A DNA stretch of 63,227 nt, counting the filler, from Octopus bimaculoides (Eukaryota), in NCBI RefSeq assembly GCF_001194135.2. It is 6 parts of 5 records of this genome, joined end to end, with 100 filler letters (N's around TTAATTAATTAA, not from the genome) between each part and the next. Parts side by side here need not be neighbours in the genome. Positions count along the whole stretch, not along the records: positions 23,943 to 53,818 come from NC_069007.1; 5 more parts are not named here. One strand, written 5' to 3'. The position numbers and the translations under genes were made by a program. Positions 40,652 to 51,188 of the stretch are shown one piece after another. The notes under the pieces are model-generated. The model did no database searches. It had not been told where the DNA came from and saw only the letters and a list, made by a program, of their open reading frames with translations. Numbering within the stretch: the first letter of the stretch is position 1; every line of letters starts with the position of its first letter.

Positions 40652-41080
40652 AGACCAGATATAGTTGTCAAAGATCATGAAGAAAAAAATGCTTTTTAAT
40701 TGATGTATCAATACCAGCAGATGACAATGTTTCCCTAAAAGAAATAGAAAAACTTTCAAAATACAAAGACCTGGAAATAGAGGTAACTCGAATGTGGAAT
40801 CTAAAAACAGAAACAATTCCTATCATAGTAGGTGCCTTAGGTATAATAAAAAAATATTCAGACAAATACATAACAAAAACACCAGGACTTACAAATATAT
40901 ATAACACACAGAAAATTGCACTACTGGGCACTGCACACATCCTACGCAAAACACTTTCAATATAGTAACCATAAGAGCACCACAGCAAACCACAGCACAT
41001 ACCCAAGGCACACAGAGCTGCGCTCGGTAGTGAAGTGAAAGCACGTTATAAAAATAAAACTACTAAACAATAATAATAAT
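40649..41080 (+). mobile_element. R4/Dong-like 3' fragment B, RLE domain with one -1 frameshift
   Basis: NRPDIVVKDHEE / CFLIDVSIPAD..KYKDLEIEVTRMW..IPIIVGALG..ALLGTAHILRKTLSI* (40963-40965); ends ..AATAATAAT. Confidence 0.9.
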
Positions 41081-41130
41081 GACCACAATTACAAGAACAA
41101 CAACAACAATATTATTATTATTATTATTAT

Positions 41131-41672
41131 TTATTGTCTTTGCACAGCTTCTAACGCTGGCGGCGTACTACGGTGCCAGCTGTTCACAACTAGTGAACTA
41201 AGGTAACACCCCTTTATTTTTCTGGAGTATTCGAGCGGTTCCAAGCAGTGCTGCTTTCTGCAAGTAATCCACCCTTATTGCAGCCCTTATTTCTTCCATG
41301 TACTTCTCAAGATTTTTACTCACTATTCCCAGGGCTCCGACAATTATTGGTACTACTACCACCTTTTTCATCGACCACAACTGCTTAACTTCCCAAGCTA
41401 ACCTGTCATATCTCTCGACTTTTCTTTCTTCCTTATTGCATACCTTGCTGTCACCTGGGCATGCTATATCTATGATCCACCATCGTTTGCTTTCTTTCTC
41501 AATTAAGACTATGTCTGGTTTCCTATTCTCTATCTCATGGTCGCACTGAATCATAAAATCATACAGGATCTTTGCATTATCATTTTCGATAATGCCTTCG
41601 GGTTTGTGGACATACCAATGATTTGCTCTGTCAAGTCCATACTTGTTACAAAGTGTCCAGTGGACAATCGTT
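41131..41672 (-). mobile_element. R4/Dong-like 3' fragment C
   Basis: HKPEGIIENDNAKILYDFMIQCDHEIENRKPDIVLI..IIDIACPGD..KVERYDRLAWE..VPIIVGALG..LQKAALLGTARIL. Confidence 0.9.
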
Positions 41673-41713
41673 GTAGTACATCTTCAGCGTTAGAAGCTGT
41701 GCAAAGACAATAA
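41673..41713 (+). mobile_element. Second, inverted 3' terminus of fragment C family with its own (TAA)n tail
   Basis: 41685-41713 is the exact reverse complement of 41131-41159 (29 bp); weaker match extends to 41673. Confidence 0.85.
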
Positions 41714-41742
41714 ATAATAATAATAATAATAATAATAATAAT

Positions 41743-41955
41743 CCTTTCTAGTGGAAACACAAGGTCTCAAATCTGGGGTAAGAGATTAAGTCGATTAAAT
41801 CGACCCAGTCCGTAACTGGCGCTTATTTAATCGACCCTGAAAGGATGAAAGGCAAAGTCGACCTCGGTGGAATTTGAACTCAGAACATAGCAGCAGACGA
41901 AATACCGCTACGTATTTCGCCCGGCGTGCTAGCGATTCTGCTAGCTTGCCGCCTT
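41743..41955 (-). mobile_element. SINE family A, full length, flanked by (TTA)n on the element strand
   Basis: Head AAGGCGGCAAGCTAGCAGAATCGCTAGCACGCCGGGCGAAAT, core, tail CCTTGTGTTTCCACTAGAAAGG-ATTATT. Confidence 0.85.
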
Positions 41956-42113
41956 GATGATAATAATAACAATTATTATTATTATTATTATTATCATCGT
42001 TAAAATATATTATTTTTATTGCTATTGAAAAAGAAGAACAACAACAAAATCAACAACAATAACAATAAAAATAATATATTTTAATGATGATAATAATGAC
42101 GACGATGATTACG

Positions 42114-42150
<37 letters not shown>

Positions 42151-42695
42151 TAATAAAAATAATAATAATAATGATAATAATAATAATAATAATAAAAATA
42201 ATAATGATAATAATAAAAATAATAATAATAATAATAAAAATAATAAAAATAATAATAATAATAATAAAAATAATAATAATAATGATAATAATAATAATTA
42301 TTATTATTAGTATTAGTAGTAGTAGTAGTAGTAGTAGTAGCAGTACTTCAATATTATTTAGTTGTTATGTTAATATAATCATCAATAAATTATTTGCGTC
42401 ACGAAAAAGCATCCACAGTAAACGAGAAATTGACATTAAAGAGAGATGCCTAAGAAATATGTGTAATATTTAGAAGAACACTAGACAACAGTAGCAACAA
42501 TAACATCAAAGTAAAAATACTACTACTACTACTAATAATAATAATAATAATAAAAATAGTAATAACGGTGAAGATGATGGTAATAACAATTATGATACTA
42601 CTTTTACTTATAATAATAATAGTAATGACCAGAATGATGCTGATGATAGTAACACTAATGATACTACTACTACTTCTGCTACTAATAATAATAAT

Positions 42696-42890
42696 TTGTT
42701 TTATTGGTCACAAGGGCTAATATCGATCAAAAACATGTAAGGACAAAGACAGGACGAAGGTTACAAAAAGTTTTGTCCGAAAAAGTAGAAAAACGTTCGT
42801 GTAAACAGAGGAAGAAAACGGAGAAAGATATAACAAATATATAAATAAATAAATAAATAAATAGAACTCCCAAAAGGGGGAGGCGCTTCG
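42696..42890 (-). mobile_element. L1/Tx1-like 3' end followed by (TTA)n
   Basis: Terminus TAGCCCTTGTGACCAATAAAACAA then ATTATTATT. Confidence 0.4.
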
Positions 42891-42950
42891 AAAAAAAAAA
42901 ATAATAATAATAATAATAATAATAATAAGAGGAAGAGAGTAGAAGAAAGC

Positions 42951-42994
<44 letters not shown>

Positions 42995-43364
42995 TAATAA
43001 TTGGTTTGTTTACGTCCTCATAACTTAACGGTTCAGTAAAAGGGTGCGAAGGAATTAATTACAGACTTTAACAAAAAAAAACCCCATCAATATTGTGGTT
43101 AATCTATTAGACTAAAACCCTTCTAAGCGGTGCTCCAGCATGATCGCTGTCCAATGACTGCGACTAGTAAAAGGAAAAATATAAACGGTCTAACTAAATA
43201 AATTTGACGCTTACTACCTTCAAAGAATCGTGCAGGAACAATTATTTGGAAAAGGTTTAAAGTAATGTAATCTTGAATGTCCGACAACAATGTGTGGCAT
43301 CTATAAATATAAAACCATACACGAAATAAATACGAAAAGAATATTACTTATTGACTACTAATAA

Positions 43365-43600
43365 TTGTGTTCGATTCTCAGATGGGTAGCGTTGTGTTCT
43401 TAACACTTCATCTTACATTGTTCTGTGACCACTTTGAGATCCGACGCATGGCACACCTTGCATCTGTGGAGGCAATGTCGATTTGATGGGGAGAGTGAGC
43501 TGATGTACAGCACATACGTTTGATCACTATAAACGAATCATTTGTGCAGGTCGTTCAGCTAGAAGTTGAGGAACCGTGTTTCTCGAACTCGCAAACAAAA
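43365..43600 (+). mobile_element. Decayed CORE-related SINE (second copy at about 44065-44250)
   Basis: Shared GTGTTCTT..AACACTTCAT..GGCACAC..GATTT.ATGG.GAG.G.GAGCT..CATTTGATCACTAT in both copies. Confidence 0.55.
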
Positions 43601-43639
43601 ACACGCAAACAAGCACCTGCGCACAACTTAATTGTACGT

Positions 43640-44027
43640 TTTGTTGTTGGCACTCCGTCGGTTACGATGTCGAGGGTTCCAGTTGATACGATCAACGGAA
43701 CAGCCTGCTCGTGAAATTAACGTGCAAGTGGCTGAGCACTCCACAGACACGTGTACCCTTAACGTAGTTCTCGGGGATATTTAGCGTGACACAGTGTGAC
43801 AAGGCTGACCCTTTGAACTACAGGCACAACAGAAACAGGAAGTAAGAGTGAGAGAAAGTTATGGGTGGAAGAGTACAGCAGGGTTCGCCACCATCCCCTG
43901 TAAGAGCCTCGTGGAGCTTTAGGTGTTTTCGCTCGATAAACACTCACAATGCCCTGTCTGGGAATCGAAACCGCGATCTTATGACCACGAGTCCGCCGCC
44001 CTAACCACTGCGCCATTGCGTCTCCAC
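43640..44027 (-). mobile_element. SINE family D, 12-bp TSD TTAAT(T/C)GTACGT
   Basis: Near-identical to 29147-29534; TSD at 43628-43639 and 44028-44039. Confidence 0.9.
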
Positions 44028-44504
44028 TTAATCGTACGTATAGATTAAATAAATATAGATGAAATCGTAGTTTCAATTCACGGACTTGGCGGTACGTTGG
44101 TGTTCTTGAGCAAAACACTTCATCACGCGTTGCTCTACGATCACTTCGGCATCTGATGTGTGGCACACTGCGCACCTGTTCAGCCAACGTTGATTTAATG
44201 GAGGGAGCGAGCTTATGAACAGCATAAACATTTGATCACTATCTGCACACGTTCTTCAACTCGAGGGACTATCAAGAAGAATGGGCCATTATTAATTTAT
44301 TCTTATTTTGGCACAAAACCAGCAGTTTGGGTAGGAAGTGGTTTAGTCAATTACAAAGAGTGCAGTACTTGATTAACACTTTTTCTAATCGATCCCAAAA
44401 GAAGAAAGGCAAAGTTGAACTCGGCGCGATTTGAACTCAGTATAAAGAAATGCCGCAAGTCATTTTTATCCTACGCTCTAATGATTCGTCCAGTTATAAT
44501 ATAT

Positions 44505-44688
44505 ATTTCTTTACTGCCCACAGGGGGCTAAACATAGAGAGGACAGACAAGAACAGACAAAGGGATTAGGTCGATGTAATCGACCCCAGTGCGTAACTGA
44601 TACTTATTTAATCGACCCCGAAAGGATGAAAGGCAAAGTCGACCTCGGTAGAATTTGAACTCAGAACGTAACGGCAGACAAAATACCA
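44505..44688 (-). mobile_element. SINE family A 3' part (host of the Tx1 array) with Tx1-type tail
   Basis: Begins TGGTATTTTGTCTGCCGTTACGTTCTGAG, then core, and ends TTTAGCCCCCTGTGGGCAGTAAAGAAAT. Confidence 0.9.
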
Positions 44689-46671
44689 ATTTCTTTATTG
44701 CCCACGGGGGTGCTAAACACAGAAATGTACAAAACAACTGATTGGGATCAGTAATGCGATATGGTTTACATAAAATATGACTTTAAAAATTATATAAAAT
44801 ATAAAGAAAATCGAATGATATTAACAATACATAGACAACACAAATGAAGCGATGATCAAGCTACACTCCGACCCCACAAGCCCCGATCCATCGCTGGTAC
44901 CTTTTTTGTTCTCTTTTTTTTTTATCCGTCTATTCACACGATTCCTTGCACGCACAACACTCGTGCAACATGCTTCCATCTCTTTTGGAACGTACACTCC
45001 GACAGACATCTCTTCTCCAGCCACACTTTCCTTTTCAAATGAAAAGTGAAAAATGAACGTAAATTGTGGCCAGAGATAAAGTTGCCTGTCTTAATTCCTT
45101 TTATCCTAGTCTTCCATACTGCCTATTTCGCTATTGCTACAACCGTGAGAAAACAACTCTTATCTTCGTTTGTTAAAACTCCCGGTGGGTTAATTTTTAT
45201 AATTGACTCAGTCGACAGCTGTACTCTTCCTTCGCCGGACAACAGGTGTTCAGCATAAGCCCACATTTCATATATCTCCGGACACTGAACAACAGCGTGA
45301 GGGACGGTTTCCCTGTCTCCCCCGCATCTTGGGCAGGTCGGCGACTGACGCTTACCGTGTCTTGCGAGCTTATCCCAAACGGGCAAGGCACCTCTGTAGC
45401 ATTTCCAGGTTAAGGACTTTTGTAAGTTGTCCAACGTTCTCAACCCGAATGTGTCTTTTTTGTCCATTTCATAAAATTCATAATTTTTGTAATTGCCCGA
45501 CAGTTCTGCTATCCTGGTTGCTGATTTTTTTTTTGTTTTTATTTCTCTCATTAAATCCTCATTTTTAGTATGTAGTGCCACAATTCCTCTGTCCGTTACT
45601 TCTTTCCTTGTTATTTTTAGTTGGACTCTTTTTGCTGGTTTTCGTTGGTTTTCGTTTTCTATTTTTCTTTTGCCAGTAACTTTCTTTTCTGCTTCATTTT
45701 CTTTTTCTTCCTCCTAATCTTCTGATTCCTCCACGCCTTCCTTACAGTATTTTTTTATATGGCCTAACTAGCCACACAGAAAACATCGGGGTTTACGTCC
45801 CTCGACAAAAACGTTCAGGAACTCCTCCCCAGCATCTATTTTTCTGGAAGCTGTTCTAATACAGCTTGTTCCATTTGTATAATGAGGTGGACCGTGTGAC
45901 CGGTCCAATTTTCCTTTTCAGAGACGGTAGCCTGAAGGATTTTTATCTCTTCTACTTTTTCTGACAGGACTGCCGCCATCAACCACATAAGGTCGACTTG
46001 AGGTGGGACCTTTGGTATCCGTATTTTGGCTGTCCTCATACTCATGTATATTGGTATTAAAATTACGTCTTCTGTTTCCAAGGCTTTCACTGAGTGCATC
46101 TGTGCAGTTTCAATATTTTTTAGGTGTACCTCGATGGTACCAAACTTTTTACCTCTGGCCAGATATGTGATATCCTGCTAGATGGGTTTCAAACATTTTT
46201 CTACCCTCTCCTCGCTTACTCGCTCAATTTTTCTTTCTTTTTTACAGTATGTCTTGAACATAATGGTTTTCTTCCTTTCTAACAATAAATATTCTTCTGG
46301 GGGTTGAACCTTGACAACGCCGTCTTGAATTGTAATCATGTCTTTGTACATTAATAAGTCCTTTTTATTCGTCGACAGTTGGCGAGTTCTATCTCCAGCT
46401 GCAGACGCAAAACTTTTTTTCTGTTTGCCTTCCTCTGTTTGAAGGCTTTTCACATCGATGTTCCTCTTCGTAACGGAGTCTTCGACAATGGTGGGTATTC
46501 GTTTTCGNNNNNNNNNNCAGGGGAAAACACACAATAGTTTTCGAACGAAAACTGTTAAACAAATTTTAACAGTCAAATACAACAGGCAATAACACAGAAA
46601 CAGTCCACAGAAACTACACTTACTATACAGACGCACTTCAGCAATAATACTTCCATTTCACGGAGCCGTTA
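44689..46671 (-). mobile_element. Internally deleted L1/Tx1-type element 1: ORF1 joined in frame to the ORF2 C-terminus, no EN or RT
   Basis: ORF1-like KKSFASAA, VEGRKPRCFLCG*LGHIKKYC knuckle and K/E-rich tail run into TFG..LDNLQKSLTWKCYRGALPV..CPRC..ETVPHAVVQC..FQKRWKHVA. 5' end TAACGGCTCCGTGAA, 3' end GGGCAATAAAGAAAT. Confidence 0.85.
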
Positions 46672-46676
46672 CACCG

Positions 46677-47341
46677 ATTTCTTTATTACCCATAAAGGAC
46701 TATAAAAAGAATTTTCAAGACATCACAAAACATAAAGACGGTACAAAACGCAACAAACATAAAATCGGGGAACTAAAAATTACAAAAGCGAATGATAATA
46801 GTAGAAGAAAAATTAAAATAAAATGACAATATGCAAGAATGAAAAAACGAGGCGCAATGTCCACTCGAACCCCGAAGTCGGGTGGTTACATTTATCCAGT
46901 TTTTCACTTTTACGTTCAACATCATGTAGACATTTTAACGGTTTTGCAACCCCAAAAATTGAAACACTCGCGTTACCTTTCTCCCATTAACCGCTGTTAC
47001 TTGTGTGTTTATCAAGTGCAAATAATCAAATTCCTGCTTCTGCTCACCTCCTCCATATCCAACTTGATCAACTTGGTTTCCAGCGGCACTGGCTTCCTCG
47101 CCGCAGTGACCCTGNNNNNNNNNNCGGCACTGGCTTCCTCGCCGCAGTGACCCTGGCGTAGCTCTCCATACTGGAGACACTACCACTTGCCATAGCTGGG
47201 AAAAAATGCAGCGGCTCGCGCGAAACGTAACAGCAATAATTCTACAAAAAACCACAATTATTTACCGAGACAACTTACAGTAATTCACATAGTTTTCACA
47301 AAGTAACACAACAGTATTCACAATAATTCACAGAGCCGTTA
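46677..47341 (-). mobile_element. Internally deleted L1/Tx1-type element 2 (~0.65 kb) with the same termini as element 1
   Basis: 5' TAACGGCTCTGTGAA; ATG ORF MASGSVSSMESYARVTAARKPVPLETKLIKLD; 3' GGGTAATAAAGAAAT. The interior is not alignable to element 1 by eye. Confidence 0.7.
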
Positions 47342-47393
47342 TACTTCTAAGCAGTTCACCCATCGTGCTAACAATTCTTCGGCTCACCGCCCT
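47342..47393 (-). mobile_element. SINE family A 5' head (other half of the host SINE)
   Basis: AGGGCGGTGAGCCGAAGAATTGTTAGCACGATGGGTGAACTGCTTAGAAGTA aligns to the head at 48657 up to GCTTAGCAGTA. Confidence 0.8.
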
Positions 47394-47696
47394 CATCCAT
47401 ATAAAAAAAAAAAACGCCCAAAGCCTTATATAAAATATAGACGGCCAATTGGCTGAGTCGTTCAGGTGTTGGAGAGAATGCGTTCTTTATTGAGAAATCG
47501 TTTTGGTTCATTGAGAGATCGTAGTTTGACTCCCACTGAGATCAGTTTTCTCTTCATCCTTCCATGCTCAATAAAGTATCGGTTCTGTGCAGGGGCCGAT
47601 TCTTTTTCTTTTGAGAGAAAGAGAACTGGAGACAAATTAGATTCAGATAAATTCAATATTTAACGAAGTCAAACATTTCATATATATGTGTGTGTG

Positions 47697-47845
47697 TAAC
47701 GACGACCACTAAGTGGACAGTTAATGTGGTAGAAGATGATCACATGTAATGTGTCTTCTAAGACCTAATAGTTATATTAGGTCTTAGTAGACACATTACA
47801 TGTGATCTTCTACCACATTAGCTGTCCACTTAGTGGTCGGCGTTA
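47697..47845. repeat. 149-bp near-perfect palindrome (foldback MITE-like)
   Basis: ~72-bp arms differing by about 3 substitutions and one 3-nt indel; tiny loop; TA at both ends. Confidence 0.92.
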
Positions 47846-48011
47846 TATATACACATATACATTAATCCCCTGAGATCTCAGATATTTTTTCTGAACCTCC
47901 CTGATTCTTTCAATGTGCTGGCTTCCTGGTAATAAATCGATATTAATTAATATCTGATTTTTTACCCTATGTTTTAATTTAATTATATATATATAATTAA
48001 ATTCTAGTTTA

Positions 48012-48047
<36 letters not shown>

Positions 48048-48289
48048 AGTTCTAGTTTAAAAGGCATTCTTGATTGTTTTCTTATTCATCTTTCATTGTT
48101 CATTGTTCAGTAATAAAGAAAAAAGAGAATGGAATTTCTTACAAGCAGTTAATATATAATAATATATCAATTTGATATCAGAATAAAAAGACGGGCAAAA
48201 TGACACTCAGCGNNNNNNNNNNNNNNNNNNNNNNNNNNNNNNNNNNNNNNNNNNNNNNNNNNNNNNNNNNNNNNNNNNNNNNNNNNNNA

Positions 48290-48657
48290 GTACTCAACTG
48301 GTACTAATTCTGTCGACCTTGAAAAAAAAGGAGAGGCAAAGTCAGCTACGGCAGAATTTGAACTCAGAACGTCAAGACGAACGAAATGGTGCTGAGCATT
48401 TTGCCCGGCCTACTAACGATTCTTATTTCTTTATTGCCCACGAGGGGCTAAACATAGAGGGGATAAACAAAGACAGACGAACGGATTAAGTCGATTACAT
48501 CGACCCCAGTGCATAAATGGAACTTTATTTATCGACCCCAAAAGGATGAAAGGCAAAGTCGACCTCGGCGGAATTTGAACTCAGAACGTAACGGCAGACG
48601 AAATACTGCTAAGCATTTCATCCGGCGTGCTAACGATTCTGCCAACTCGCTGCCTTA
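48290..48657 (-). mobile_element. Tandem SINE family A: full copy with Tx1-type tail joined to a second copy starting at GAATCGTTAG
   Basis: Minus reading: head(48657)..core..GGGCAATAAAGAAAT(48425)-AAGAATCGTTAGTAGGCCGGGC..core. Confidence 0.85.
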
Positions 48658-48709
48658 ATAATAATAATTCTTTCTACTAAAGGCAAAAGGCTTGAAATTT
48701 TGGGGGAGA

Positions 48710-48960
48710 GGAGTGGATTTGGTAGACGGAAACTGAAAGAAGCCCGTCGTATATATGTATATATATATTTGTGTGTGTCTGTGTTTGCCCCACCCCCACC
48801 CCAACATCGCTTAACAGCCGATGCTGGTGTGTTTATGTCCCCGTAACTTAGTGGCTAGGCTTCCAAAGAATAAGTCCTGGGGTCGATTTGCTCGACTAAA
48901 GGCCGTGCTCCAGCATGGCCGCAGTCGAATGACTGAAACAAGTAAAAGAATAAAAGAATA
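48710..48960 (+). mobile_element. SINE family C 3' half
   Basis: GAGTGGATTTGGTAGACGGAAACTGAAAGAAGCCCGTCG..GACTGAAACAAGTAAAAGAATAAAAGAAT. Confidence 0.8.
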
Positions 48961-49395
48961 TATATGTTTCTTTTTATGTTTAGTTAAAATTAAAATAATT
49001 TTACATTAATCTGATAGGTTACTCAATACTTTTATACTGTGCAAATTTATTCTTTAACAAGAATTCATTCATCAATACTCTTGTTTAATAATAGGTACAC
49101 ACACACGCGCCCGTGTGATAAAAGTAAAAGTACTCTGTACAGGCTATAGAGTATAAACTGAGTAAAAACTGATGATTCACACTATTTTTACACCAAATAT
49201 TTCTCTCAAAACGGCAAAAGAAAGAAATGGTGCAATAGGTTGAACCGAAAGATCATTGCGCTGGATTGGACATACTTTATTTTGATTGGTCACAGCAAGT
49301 GAGTCAATTGAATCAACAACAAACAAGATTATTTCACAATTAAGCTTGAATTTGTGCATATATGTAATGTATATATATATATATATGCATATGTT

Positions 49396-49426
<31 letters not shown>

Positions 49427-49805
49427 ATATATATGTATGTACGTATATATATACATACACACACAAATATATATGTACACACACACACATATCTATGTAT
49501 GTACACATATATACAATACAGACACAGTATATATTATGTGCATATAAAAATTTTATTCTATATATATACATATGTATATATCCCTATGAGTATCTATCTA
49601 CCTATTTATATGTCTGTCTATCTATCTATCTATCTATCTAGTGTTTACGTGTATATTCAAAAACTTCCCCTTCTTCTATATTGTCTTCCGGTGACGGACA
49701 TTTCAATAACCGATTCCTTATCTTTCAATCGAATTGCTAATTTATGCATATTGATTTTTGTGGTGAGACATTTTTAATGATATTCTAATTAAGAAAATGC
49801 CAGAG

Positions 49806-49818
49806 AGGTCAAAGGTCA
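49806..49818 (+). promoter_or_regulatory. Perfect DR1 nuclear-receptor motif AGGTCA-A-AGGTCA
   Basis: Exact consensus match in non-repetitive-looking sequence; function not shown. Confidence 0.3.
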
Positions 49819-50256
49819 CTAATATGTCTACTACCATTATGCTTGAACGAATATCAATATCCCATACCTATAAATAGCGAAGACATATTGGTTCCAGAAA
49901 CTACCAAATTCGTATGGAATGGTTTCTGTCAGTTGAATTACCATACTGGCCCTCCTCCGCTGATACACCACAAATGCACTCACTACTTCTGCCAGTATAC
50001 GTCTGTTATACACTTCATCGATGTTGAAAGAACGAAGCGCACTGTCAACTGTTATTGAATGTAACTTAGAACGTAGACGATATAACCATAATATTTTCAG
50101 ATGCAATTGCATCGGGGCTACGTGATTGCTCTCTGGTTGCATCCCTTCAGCCATTATCTCTGCTGTACCTCAACTGTGATGGCTTATTCAAACTGCTTGC
50201 TAAGTTACCAGCGATAAAACTTCAAAGTTACAGTTAATAATTTACAGACAATATCT

Positions 50257-50427
50257 AGGCGGCGTTCAGGCATAATCGTTGCGTTCCGAGTTCAAATCCT
50301 TCCAGGATTGACTTTGTCTTTCATCCACTTCGGGGGTCAATAAATTAAGTACAAGATGAGTACTGGGACCAATGTGATCGACTTACATTCACCCGTAAAT
50401 TGCTGGCCTTGTGCCAAAATTTGAAAC

Positions 50428-50428
<1 letters not shown>
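50257..50428 (+). mobile_element. SINE family A, decayed, tail GGCCTTGTGCCAAAATTTGAAACC followed by (TTA)n
   Basis: GAGTTCAAATCC..GACTTTGTCTTTCATCC core. Confidence 0.7.
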
Positions 50429-50468
<40 letters not shown>

Positions 50469-50697
50469 CATAAATGTATTTTGATGTCTCCAGGGAGAGT
50501 CGTTACGTCAATATTATTAACACATGCACGGGTTCAACTCCACTCCTTTACTATTAGCCAATATTAGTTCAATATACATACATATAAATATACTTATATA
50601 TATACATATATATGTATACATATATGTACATACATATATATATATATACATACATATATATGCATATATATATATATACATACATACATATATATGC

Positions 50698-50729
<32 letters not shown>

Positions 50730-50797
50730 GTACATACATACATGCATACATACATACATACATGCATACATACATAAATACATACATACATACATAC

Positions 50798-51188
50798 GTT
50801 GTTGTTGTTGGCACTCCGTCGCTTACGACGTCAAGGGTTCCAGTTGATCCGATCAACGGAACAGCCTGCTCGTGAAATTAACGTGCAAGTGGCTGAGCAC
50901 TCCACAGACACGTGTACCCTTAACGTAGTTCTCAGGGATATTCAACGTGACACAGTGTGACAAGGCTGACCCTTTGAATTACAGGCACAACAGAAACAGG
51001 AAATAAGAGTGAGAGAAAGTTGTGGTGGAAGAGTACAGCAGGGTTCGCCACCATCCCCTGCCGGAGCCTCGTGGAGCTTTTAGGTGTTTTCACTCAATAA
51101 ACACTCACAACGCCTGGTCTGGGAATCGAAACCGCGATCCTATGACCGCGAGTCCGCTGCCCTAACCACTGGGCCATTGCGCCTCCAC
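50798..51188 (-). mobile_element. SINE family D, third copy
   Basis: Near-identical to the 29147 and 43640 copies; no clear TSD. Confidence 0.9.

Noticed and set aside
47084-47155. 31-bp direct repeat in element 2
   Set aside because: It straddles a 10-N gap, typical of an unmerged contig overlap.
51100-51188. tRNA gene (also 29445-29534 and 43940-44027)
   Set aside because: A/B boxes are present, but these are SINE heads continuing into a shared body and tail, without a proper acceptor stem.
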